From Chloroflexota bacterium (GTDB lineage: Bacteria; Chloroflexota; Anaerolineae; UBA4142): a stretch of 64,000 bases of DNA. How positions within the stretch are numbered: position 1 is the first letter of the stretch; each line of letters begins with the position of its first letter. The notes under the pieces were generated by a model. The model was not told the origin of the DNA and made no database searches. It saw only the letters and a program-made list of their open reading frames with translations. Positions 1 to 8,253 of the stretch are shown here, in pieces. The stretch covers positions 20,862 through 84,861 of the forward strand of contig JACRMI010000139.1 of the NCBI GenBank assembly GCA_016215025.1, written 5' to 3'. The position numbers were made by a program, and so were the translations under genes.

Positions 1-489
1 CAATCCACTGGAATTTTTATCGAAGCCGTGGGATTGGGTGGCGATCCGGAAAAGACCGGTGGACTGACCAGTATGTTCGCGATGAGAACTGCCATGCTCC
101 GTGCCAAGCGTCGAGGTGTCGCCGGATCGTTTTCCTATCTTGCGATGGTAATGCATGGCGTGATGGCGGGTTTGATGGTTTTCTTGCTTGGAATTCTTGA
201 ACAGTTCGCCGTCAAGTTGAACGAAGCTATGTCTTCTTTGGGCGAAGGTCCCGACGCCATGTCGGGCATGGGTTTGCAAAGCATGTTTTCCTTCAACGCG
301 CCGCAGATCCAGTTTCTTACGATGATTACGGTCGGCATGATTATTTTTCTAGCTATAGTCAATTCTTTTGCGATTGTGGCATGTGAAGGATCGCATCTCA
401 TCAAGATCACATTCTATCTTTCGATTCTCTTGGCGATTTCCGGTGTAATTATCTTGCTGGGACCCTCGATGGTCAAACTTGTCATGTAA
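1..489 (+). CDS. C-terminal part of a polytopic membrane protein, possibly TadC/FlaJ/T2SS-F-type pilus platform protein (5' end outside window)
   Basis: Frame 1 is open from base 1 to TAA 487-489. It has several hydrophobic spans and lies directly upstream of prepilin peptidase and PilN/PilO-like genes. The family call rests on context and weak resemblance. Confidence 0.4.
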   Translation, partial: QSTGIFIEAVGLGGDPEKTGGLTSMFAMRTAMLRAKRRGVAGSFSYLAMVMHGVMAGLMVFLLGILEQFAVKLNEAMSSLGEGPDAMSGMGLQSMFSFNAPQIQFLTMITVGMIIFLAIVNSFAIVACEGSHLIKITFYLSILLAISGVIILLGPSMVKLVM

Positions 490-1710
490 GTGGCTCATAT
501 GCAACGTGTCTCCAAGTTTGCTCTAGACGAAATATCCGGGTTTCGAACTCACATCGATTCTGTTGGATCACACAGTGCACAGGAGTTGTCGAACAAGTCG
601 TTGTTCGGCAATACGCCAGGCGAACGTCGAAAGAATATCATTTTCTTTTTTCTCACGACGTTTACAGCTTCGGCGATGATGCTGGCGCTGCTCATCCTCG
701 TCTGGTGGTACGTGCCGCGTTTCACGTCTAAATCGAGTTTGGACCTGGGCGAAGCCGAGTACCAAAGCGTCTATCTGACTTGGGTGGCGAACAAGTACGC
801 CGAAACCAAAAATCTGAGCCAAGCCGAAAAAGAACTCGCGAATTGGAAACGCGAAGACCTCGCTAGTTTTCTACCGCTTCTCTCGCAGCAAACGCCGGAT
901 CCCGAAACGCGGCGACGCATCATCGCGTTGCGGGACGCGCTGCGCCTGCCCGTACCGCAATCGGACTATACATCGGCGCAGTGGTCCGCCGATTATCAAA
1001 AGCTCTACATCATCTTTATCGCCAGTGAATATTGGCGCACGGGCGATATCGCAAAAACTCAAAAAGCACTCGCCTCGTGGAATCGCGATGATCTTGCGAA
1101 ACAGTTGCTCGAGTTGCAACGGTCGGCGAAAGATGCTGAGACGCGTCGTAATCTCGTCGTCTTGACGGAAGCACTCCGTCTGCCATTTTCCGAATCGTCG
1201 CTAATTCTGTTTATCGTCGAGCAACCGGGCATTGTGCTGGGTGTTCTTGTGGCGACGATACCTTTGTTCCTTGCTTCGGCGTCGATGACGATGCCGCGCA
1301 TCAAGCGAATCCGAAAACGCATTTTGAAGCGCATCGGCGTTAAAGTGGTCGAGGAAAAGGAAGCGGCGGAAGCTGGCAAGCCAGTCGAAGAAAGTCTCGA
1401 CGATATGCTTGCTCAAGTCCAAGCGACCGAAGCTGAAGCCGCAGACTCAACGGCTGCGCCCGGCGAACAACAAGCCGAGGAAAAGAAAGAAGAAAAGAGC
1501 GAGGAAGAATCCGAGGAACAGAGCAGTGGCTTGGGCGACCTGGCAAGTCTGTTCGAAGAAGAAGACACGTCGGTTGGCGCGCTCGAAGCGTTCTGTAAGG
1601 GTATGGCAGAGATCAACATCGACGAGTTGTTGACGACCGGATCGAATATCCTTTATCAATTGCGTCAAGGCAATCGATTAGGAGAGCGTCAATCGGAGAA
1701 ACGATCGTGA
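490..1710 (+). CDS. Hypothetical membrane protein with two internal ~75-aa repeats and an acidic Glu/Ser-rich C-terminal tail
   Basis: GTG 490 abuts the preceding stop (ATG 499 is an alternative start). Two predicted TM spans. Repeat pair: ANWKREDLASFLPLL..ETRRRIIALRDALRLP and ASWNRDDLAKQLLEL..ETRRNLVVLTEALRLP. Its stop overlaps the next start (GTGA). Confidence 0.55.
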   Translation: MAHMQRVSKFALDEISGFRTHIDSVGSHSAQELSNKSLFGNTPGERRKNIIFFFLTTFTASAMMLALLILVWWYVPRFTSKSSLDLGEAEYQSVYLTWVANKYAETKNLSQAEKELANWKREDLASFLPLLSQQTPDPETRRRIIALRDALRLPVPQSDYTSAQWSADYQKLYIIFIASEYWRTGDIAKTQKALASWNRDDLAKQLLELQRSAKDAETRRNLVVLTEALRLPFSESSLILFIVEQPGIVLGVLVATIPLFLASASMTMPRIKRIRKRILKRIGVKVVEEKEAAEAGKPVEESLDDMLAQVQATEAEAADSTAAPGEQQAEEKKEEKSEEESEEQSSGLGDLASLFEEEDTSVGALEAFCKGMAEINIDELLTTGSNILYQLRQGNRLGERQSEKRS

Positions 1711-2501
1711 CAGCGTTAGGTTTGGGCGTAGGATGGCTAGTGGGTTATTGGATTAGCGTGATCGTAGATTTTCTGCCGCGCTATTCGTCCAGCGGTTTAT
1801 CGCAGAGGCACATCAGGAACCCGTTTTCTGGTGAGCCAATCAAAAAACAAGGTCGCAATAATCGAGTAAACGGGTTTTTCCAACGATTCACAATGCCTGC
1901 GATCATTCAATTCGCACAAGCGCTTGCCGCGCGCAAATCATGGTCGGGCTTGCCATCAGTGCTCAAATTAAATCTCGCCGTCGAAGTGGTCACGGCGATC
2001 TTGTTTGCCATCATTTGGACGCAAGCTTTATCGACGACGTTGCTCGCGATGCAAAGTTTGCTCTGTGCTTTTTTGATTCTCGTCGCCATGATGGATTTGC
2101 GTTATCGGTTGGTCTTGAACATTTTGATTTTTCCAGCAATGGTGCTAGCATTGTTGATGCGTGCGCTAACACCGGGAACCAGTTGGCTCGCCGTGCTGCT
2201 TGGCGGTCTGTTCGGCTTTGCGATTTTCGCGCTCGTGGCGATGTTGCGTCCCGGTCAACTCGGCGGCGGCGATGTCAAGCTGGCGACATTGATCGGACTC
2301 GTCTTTGCTTTTCCAGACGCGTTATGGGCGCTCCTCATCGGAGTTTTGGCGGGCGGCGTGGCAAGTGTTTGGATGTTGGCAAGCGGACGTGGTAATGCGC
2401 AAACGCAGATTGCATATGCGCCCTTTCTGGTCTTTGGCGCACTGGTCGCGCTGTTTTTCAACCCCGTGCCATTGTTGATGTATCGGTTCCAAGGATTCTA
2501 A
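1707..2501 (+). CDS. Prepilin (type IV leader) peptidase, A24 family, without an obvious N-methyltransferase zinc-finger part
   Basis: Polytopic membrane protein carrying the GGGDVKLATLIG motif typical of A24 aspartic prepilin peptidases. GTG start overlaps the previous stop. Confidence 0.8.
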   Translation: MTALGLGVGWLVGYWISVIVDFLPRYSSSGLSQRHIRNPFSGEPIKKQGRNNRVNGFFQRFTMPAIIQFAQALAARKSWSGLPSVLKLNLAVEVVTAILFAIIWTQALSTTLLAMQSLLCAFLILVAMMDLRYRLVLNILIFPAMVLALLMRALTPGTSWLAVLLGGLFGFAIFALVAMLRPGQLGGGDVKLATLIGLVFAFPDALWALLIGVLAGGVASVWMLASGRGNAQTQIAYAPFLVFGALVALFFNPVPLLMYRFQGF

Positions 2502-2504
2502 TTC

Positions 2505-4244
2505 ATGGCGGTCAATTCGAGAATGCTGGGCGAAAAAAATAAACAGTTGCCGAACGAAGATGCCGTCGATAAATTGCTCGCGCCCCAAGCAGCGGAACCG
2601 GAAAAACTTTCGCAGACCACCAAGATCATGTTGATGGCTGCGGTCAGTATGCTTGTTTTCTTTTTGCCGTTGTTTTTGTTGACGACGGCGGTGAACGAAG
2701 ATGTCAAAGGCATGAATACCGATCTGGGATTCGTGCGCACGTCGTTGACCCAAGTCCCCACACCCATTCCCGCGATTCAAAAATACATGACGCCCATTGC
2801 GCAAACGCAAGGGCAGATCAATCAGTTCAATGTCGTGTATCCCACCCTGACGTCGCCGCGCGCCGATTGGTCGCTGGTCATGACGGCGATTGGCAAGTAC
2901 GATCCCACGCAAATCAGTTTAGTGGCGATATCGCGTACGGCAACCAGTGTCACGATTACCGGCAATGCGATCAACGACAATGTCATCACGGCGTACGCTC
3001 AGTCGCTCGAACAATCGAATGTCTTTTCACGTGTCGTCGTTCAGTCGTTCCATGCGGTTGCCGTTACGCCGACAGTGGCCATCACCAAGACGACCACAGC
3101 GATTACGCAGACCACGCCCATCGCGACGCCGGTGCCGACGAAAACACCATTTCCAAAACTTGTTTTTCCAACTTCTGTGCCGATCACTTCGTCAGCGCCA
3201 ATCCAGCCATCGGCCACGCCAGATTTTCGCGATGCGTACGAAGCTGATGAAAATCAGCCCAAGCCGATTGCCATGAGCCAGTCGCAATCGCATAATTTTT
3301 ATCCGGGCGGCGATGTGGATGCGGTCTATTTTCTTGCCAAGATGGGACGCTCTTATCACATCCACACCACCGGTCTTGCGCCCGGCGTCGATACGTACTT
3401 GACCGTTCGTTCCGGTGCGCTCTTGCTTACGAATGACGATGCGACCCCCGGCTCGCTCTATTCCGAGATTTATTATCAGCATTTGGGGGCGGATACTGCT
3501 GCGACCGTTTGGATTTCGAATCGAGCGAGCTTTGGTGCGGACAAGACCTACAGCATCATCGTGGAAGAATATACGCCGACGCCAACGCCTGTGCCCACTG
3601 GGACCGCCACGCCGACAGCAACGCGCACGCGCATTCCACCTTCTTCGCCAACACCGTCGGCGACGCCAACGCGCGACATGCGCGATCCGTATGAGCCAGA
3701 TGACACAGACGCCACCGCGAAAACGATTTTGATTGGCGAAACGCAATCGCATAATTTCTATCCGAGTGGCGACATGGATAAGGTAACTTTCCCAGTCAAG
3801 ATGAGCCGTTATTACCAAGTGCTCACCTCGAATTTGGCGCTGGGCGTCGATACCTTTGTCGCGGTAAACCCCGGTGACAATTCGACGTGGAGCAATGACG
3901 ACCACACGCCTGGCTCTGGAAATTTTGCATCGGCAGTTTGTTTCCAAGCGACGAAAGATGGAATGGCGATTGCCACCGTCTCCAACAAGTCCGGTCAGTA
4001 CAATTCGGACAAGACGTATCAGGTGCGCGTCAGCGAGGTCCCGAACTTGTACACGGCGCCATGTGCGCAGCCAACGCCAACGGTCACGCCGTCAAAGGTC
4101 TCGCGCAACAGTGGCAAGGTTCCTGGGCTGGCGGCGTACATCGGATGGCGTGATCGCTCCGGCGAAGATGCGAACGATCCAGCGGTCGCGGCGACGATGA
4201 TTCAATTCATCATCACCGCCGAAATAAAGGTGCCAGCCCCATGA
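2505..4244 (+). CDS. PilN-like pilus assembly protein fused to two PPC (pre-peptidase C-terminal-like) domains via Pro/Thr-rich linkers
   Basis: N-terminal TM. PilN-like segment ISLVAISRTATSVTITGNAINDNVITAYAQSLEQSNVFSRVVVQSF. Two repeats of the pattern QSHNFYPGGDVD..YF.AKMGRSYHIHT..LAPGVDT...NDD. PT-rich linkers between them. Confidence 0.65.
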   Translation: MAVNSRMLGEKNKQLPNEDAVDKLLAPQAAEPEKLSQTTKIMLMAAVSMLVFFLPLFLLTTAVNEDVKGMNTDLGFVRTSLTQVPTPIPAIQKYMTPIAQTQGQINQFNVVYPTLTSPRADWSLVMTAIGKYDPTQISLVAISRTATSVTITGNAINDNVITAYAQSLEQSNVFSRVVVQSFHAVAVTPTVAITKTTTAITQTTPIATPVPTKTPFPKLVFPTSVPITSSAPIQPSATPDFRDAYEADENQPKPIAMSQSQSHNFYPGGDVDAVYFLAKMGRSYHIHTTGLAPGVDTYLTVRSGALLLTNDDATPGSLYSEIYYQHLGADTAATVWISNRASFGADKTYSIIVEEYTPTPTPVPTGTATPTATRTRIPPSSPTPSATPTRDMRDPYEPDDTDATAKTILIGETQSHNFYPSGDMDKVTFPVKMSRYYQVLTSNLALGVDTFVAVNPGDNSTWSNDDHTPGSGNFASAVCFQATKDGMAIATVSNKSGQYNSDKTYQVRVSEVPNLYTAPCAQPTPTVTPSKVSRNSGKVPGLAAYIGWRDRSGEDANDPAVAATMIQFIITAEIKVPAP

Positions 4245-5125
4245 TGGAGCGATTGAGTTTTCTGGAGAATATTTCGCGCAACGCGGTATACACGGTGCTG
4301 GCGATCATTGCGATGATCGGCGCGGCAGCGGGCTATGTTTACTTTTTTACGTCGACGATTGAACCTAGCTTGCGCAATCGCGATAAAGTGATGACCCAGC
4401 TTGCCGATGCGCGCAAGTCGCTCGCCGATACACGCCGCGTTGCCGACCTTAGCCCAATCGATTTTCAACGACAATTATCGACCACGCAATCGACTTTGGC
4501 GACGTACCGCAGCGCGTTTTTGACGGAACAACAAGCGAGCCAAATACCCGCCGGGTTGTATCAAGAAGCGAATGCGGCTCAAGTGCAGATCACGGATTTG
4601 CAAACTCAAATCGTCACGACGCAAACGGTGTCCAGTCCCTATATCGTTTCGACGATTCGGCTGCAAGCGCAAGGTGATTCATATCGATTGGTCGATTTTG
4701 CGGCGCACATGAAAGAATTGGCGCTCAAAGGCATCGTGGTCAACAATGTGAACATGGTGCAAGACAAGAACACATCACGTCTCACGATGGATTTGACGCT
4801 TTATACATCGCCCGTCGTTCCCGGCGATTTACGAACGGCAGCACGCGTAACCCCAACTCCAACTTTGGAACCAACCGCAATTCCAACAGTAGCTCCGCCG
4901 CCTCCTCCCATAGTCGAGCCAACGCGACCACTCTTGCCAACCTCAACGCCAGCGCCGAGCGCAACACCCACTGTCCAACGGACGCTCCATGTGGTGCGCC
5001 CCGGCGACACGTTGTATTCACTTGCGCGGTTGTATGGCACGAGCGTAGATGCCATCATGAAAGCGAATGGATTGCCAACGCAGAATATTTTTGCTGGACA
5101 AACGTTGGTCATCCCCAGTCGCTAG
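4241..5125 (+). CDS. PilO-like pilus assembly protein with C-terminal LysM peptidoglycan-binding domain
   Basis: ATGATG overlaps the preceding stop. N-terminal TM plus coiled-coil region, then a Pro/Thr linker, then the LysM signature HVVRPGDTLYSLARLYGTSVDAIMKANGLPTQNIFAGQTLVIP. Confidence 0.65.
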   Translation: MMERLSFLENISRNAVYTVLAIIAMIGAAAGYVYFFTSTIEPSLRNRDKVMTQLADARKSLADTRRVADLSPIDFQRQLSTTQSTLATYRSAFLTEQQASQIPAGLYQEANAAQVQITDLQTQIVTTQTVSSPYIVSTIRLQAQGDSYRLVDFAAHMKELALKGIVVNNVNMVQDKNTSRLTMDLTLYTSPVVPGDLRTAARVTPTPTLEPTAIPTVAPPPPPIVEPTRPLLPTSTPAPSATPTVQRTLHVVRPGDTLYSLARLYGTSVDAIMKANGLPTQNIFAGQTLVIPSR

Positions 5126-5143
5126 AATTTTTCCAAAACAAAA

Positions 5144-5168
5144 TCCGCGCCAGAACTTTTGGCGCGGA
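5144..5168. terminator. Bidirectional hairpin terminator between convergent genes
   Basis: tccgcgcca / tggcgcgga forms a 9-bp stem with a 7-nt loop. It is flanked by an A-run on the left, which is a T-run for the minus-strand methyltransferase gene. Confidence 0.6.
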
Positions 5169-5229
5169 GTTCAGTTTAAAGTTGGTTCGTTTTTGCCGAA
5201 TAGCCGTCGCTTTCCAACCGATGACATTG

Positions 5230-6051
5230 CTACTTGACCGCAATACCTTTGAAAAACGTGTAACTGAATGTGCCTTCTTCCCCAGCCGTGGCATACAAAT
5301 CGGCGATGCCGCGTTCCCACGTTTTAAGATCGACCAACCCCATTTGGATCGCTTGCTCTTTAACGCCAGCAACCATCGCCGTGAACGTATTCTTGGTAAA
5401 TCCCTCCACCCACTCCGGACGACTTGAATCGGCGTACACTTGGCGAGGAGTAACGGTGATGTTTTTGTATCCCGCTCGCAAAAGCAATGGATGGACTTGT
5501 CTGCCAATTAGAGCGTTGCCACCCTTGCTTGCTTGAATCTCCACCAGACAATCGATCAGGCGTTGCGCGAAGGGACTATCGGGATGAAAATAGGCGGAGG
5601 CATGATCGCCTTCGATCACAGTGATGGTCCCTCCAGGTTTCAAAACTTGCCGCAATCGCATTAGAGCTTCGACGGGCTGACGCAGATGTTCGAGCACAAA
5701 GCAAACGAAAATGTGATCGAAGCGATTTGTTTCAAAGGGCAAGTTGAAAATATCTGCCACTTGAAAATCGACGTTCGATATACTATGCTGCGACGCACGA
5801 GTTCGCGCGACTTGAAGCGATAGCGGAGAAATATCGATTGAGGTGAAATGGGTTTGGGGGCTGTGCTGAGCGAGGATGATCGTCTGCGCGCCAACACCAC
5901 ATCCAGCTTCCAAAACTTGGCTGCCCCGTGGATAGATGGTGTCATGATGCAGCAAATCGTTGAGCGTATGCGCTTGATCGAGCAAGCGTTCCTTTTCTCT
6001 TCCCGAATACCCATGAACATAGTCTTGCGTGGTCATGCTGCTTGGCTCCAA
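5230..6051 (-). CDS. Class I SAM-dependent methyltransferase
   Basis: Motif I VLEAGCGVGAQT, followed by FDHIFVCFVLEHL and LKPGG motifs typical of Methyltransf_11/25-type enzymes. Confidence 0.8.
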   Translation of the reverse strand: MEPSSMTTQDYVHGYSGREKERLLDQAHTLNDLLHHDTIYPRGSQVLEAGCGVGAQTIILAQHSPQTHFTSIDISPLSLQVARTRASQHSISNVDFQVADIFNLPFETNRFDHIFVCFVLEHLRQPVEALMRLRQVLKPGGTITVIEGDHASAYFHPDSPFAQRLIDCLVEIQASKGGNALIGRQVHPLLLRAGYKNITVTPRQVYADSSRPEWVEGFTKNTFTAMVAGVKEQAIQMGLVDLKTWERGIADLYATAGEEGTFSYTFFKGIAVK

Positions 6052-6063
6052 TTTAAGAGTGGA

Positions 6064-7719
6064 TTATTGAATTTGCGCCAGACGAATTGCGCTTGCGACG
6101 AGATTCGCTGCATGTTCGAGGGTTTCTTGATCGAAGCGGGTGTACGCTATTCCGTTTCGTCGCTCGGCAAGGCAAATTTTTCCCACACATACACCTTGCT
6201 CTGCGAGCGTGACCGTCAAATGACTTGAACCTTCCCATTCGCCGCACGTATGCAACGGATCAGTCTCAGTGTTCGTTCCCCAAAACAGTGCGCCACCCTT
6301 GGCATCGAAAGATTGCACCGCGCGTTCCATCAGACTGCGAACTTGGGCTTGAATCTGTGATTGATCGATGGAAGGTGTTGGCGGCGCAAAGGACGTACGA
6401 GGATGGAATCGCACATCGACCAGGCGCTGCAGGTACGCACGAATCGGCGTGAATGCGGCGGCCGCAATGAGCGCGGAAATGATGACGGCGGCATCGGAGG
6501 TTTCGCCGGTCAACGCGAGAAATAATCGCTGGAGGATATTCGTCAGCGCGGCGAACACTCCGGCGAGAATCGCTGTAAGCGGGAAATAGACCAGCGTGCG
6601 GTTGATCACAAAATCGATGTCGAACAAGCGCGAGCGGCGGATGGCAATGGCGAGACTGATCGGAATGACGGCGAACACCGGCGGAAAAATCCACGACGAC
6701 GATTCTTCCAAGCGTTCCAAGGTCGTCAGGTCGAACACGGCGGCATTTTGAATATCGGCGAGAATCTCCAGAAAAAAGAAAAGCAAGCCGATGGTGAAAC
6801 TGCACGCCAACGCCCACACGACGAGTTTCGTGCGCTGTTTTTCTTCGGCGGTCGATACGAATCGATAGCGGTACACTTGCGACGTGACGCCGATGGCGGG
6901 AATGAGCAAGCCATAGAGCAAAACGAAAAATGCGGTCTCGGCTTGGATGATCGAACCAAAGTTCGAGATGGGCGATTGCACGCCAAAGAAAATATGAAAG
7001 ATCGACATGAGCAAGCCGCCGCCGTTGACACTGAACCAATACAGCAAAATCGCCTGCAGTGGATTCACGATGCTGGCGCGCGGTACGGGCGCCAGAAACA
7101 GCGATGTGCCGAAAATGTATTTCAAGACGGGGAAGGCAATCTCTTCGATCATCAGCAAATAAATGACGATCATAAGTCCGAGTGACTTGTGCGGCACGAG
7201 TTTGCCATTGGGAAAAAGCAAGAGCGCGTGAACGTACGTTGCGCCGGAGACCGCGTGCAAGATAAAGTGATAAACAAAGATTGGACGCAGTGGAACGATG
7301 GTGGAACTTGCGATGGCGACAACACTATGCGCTTGGAAATTGAACGCCATCGCCGTGCCGACCATGCCAATGCCCAACAAGCGTGCAACCCAATCCCAGG
7401 GGCGTCGCAGAACGATAAAAATGCCGACGCTCAAATTGATGAGACTGAGCACGTAATCGATGACAATTTGCGCGGGGCTGGCGGAGAGTCGCGATCCTTG
7501 AGCGATGCCACGTGCAAAGAGTCCAAAGACATCTATCGTCTGTCCCCAGGTTTGCAATGCGTCGAGGACACGCGGCAAGTAAGTTGCCAGCGCCGAACCA
7601 AGACCGAGCAACAACAGAAACACCGACCCAGCCGCATAGAGTGCGAAGAAGGCAAGAAAAGCTCTATTGGATTTGGGGGCGCGCTGGCTATCATTCATCC
7701 TGTGTTTATTATACGCCAA
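6064..7719 (-). CDS. Polytopic integral membrane protein with a short cytoplasmic C-terminal GAF-like region; function unknown
   Basis: About 10 hydrophobic spans over roughly 400 aa. The soluble C-terminal ~110 aa has no recognisable output domain. Confidence 0.55.
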   Translation of the reverse strand: MAYNKHRMNDSQRAPKSNRAFLAFFALYAAGSVFLLLLGLGSALATYLPRVLDALQTWGQTIDVFGLFARGIAQGSRLSASPAQIVIDYVLSLINLSVGIFIVLRRPWDWVARLLGIGMVGTAMAFNFQAHSVVAIASSTIVPLRPIFVYHFILHAVSGATYVHALLLFPNGKLVPHKSLGLMIVIYLLMIEEIAFPVLKYIFGTSLFLAPVPRASIVNPLQAILLYWFSVNGGGLLMSIFHIFFGVQSPISNFGSIIQAETAFFVLLYGLLIPAIGVTSQVYRYRFVSTAEEKQRTKLVVWALACSFTIGLLFFFLEILADIQNAAVFDLTTLERLEESSSWIFPPVFAVIPISLAIAIRRSRLFDIDFVINRTLVYFPLTAILAGVFAALTNILQRLFLALTGETSDAAVIISALIAAAAFTPIRAYLQRLVDVRFHPRTSFAPPTPSIDQSQIQAQVRSLMERAVQSFDAKGGALFWGTNTETDPLHTCGEWEGSSHLTVTLAEQGVCVGKICLAERRNGIAYTRFDQETLEHAANLVASAIRLAQIQ

Positions 7720-7811
7720 AATGAGTTAGCCGGTTTCCGGCGAAATGTCATTGCGAACGGTCAGGTCACTACGGGGAGCGATGGGAACAAGTGTCGTAAT
7801 TGACAAGCAAT

Positions 7812-8007
7812 AGAGCGACGAAGCCGCTTCGCGTCAACCGTAGAATGAGATTGCTTCGTCGCTCGGTATTATATTGTCAACGATACGCGTTTTTGTCGCT
7901 CCTCGCAATCAGTACTTGACGAACTGTCATTTCGACGGAGCGGAGCGACCGAGAAATCTCGTCATTCCAACCGAAAAACGGGATTTCGAGCGGAGCGAGA
8001 AATGACA
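7812..8007. repeat. Intergenic hairpin-repeat cluster (family A, GTCATT..GAGCG.AGCGA..GAAATC type)
   Basis: 12-bp inverted repeat gagcgacgaagc (7812) / gcttcgtcgctc (7853). Units tgtcatttcgacggagcggagcgaccgagaaatc and gatttcgagcggagcgagaaatgaca (7925-8007) are bounded by tgtcatttc / gaaatgaca. Confidence 0.7.
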
Positions 8008-8057
8008 AAAGAGTGTTTCGTGAAGTACTGGCAATATAGTTGGTTGCGATTACCCCA

Positions 8058-8087
8058 TTGACTGACAGGGCGACGTTCGCTTATACT
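8058..8087 (+). promoter_or_regulatory. Near-consensus sigma-70 promoter for the 8254 exoprotein gene
   Basis: TTGACT (8058-8063), an 18-nt spacer, then TATACT (8082-8087). It lies about 165 nt upstream of ATG 8254. Confidence 0.5.
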
Positions 8088-8171
8088 CTGGACTGCTTCA
8101 AACAGGTTCTACTTGGTCCTCGTGATGAGTGCGGGGCAATCAAATCGTAGCTCGGTTCGTTAGAGAATCAT

Positions 8172-8217
8172 CGTCGCCACTGACGCTCCCCGCGTTTGTG
8201 GTGACGTTTTTATTTTT
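8172..8217 (+). terminator. Terminator-like hairpin plus U-run inside the 5' leader (possible attenuator)
   Basis: cgtcgccac / gtggtgacg stem (one G-U pair) with a 17-nt loop, followed by tttttattttt. It sits 36 nt before the start codon. Confidence 0.4.
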
Positions 8218-8253
8218 CGCTGCGTACTCGACGCAGTTTGCATAGGTGACTCC

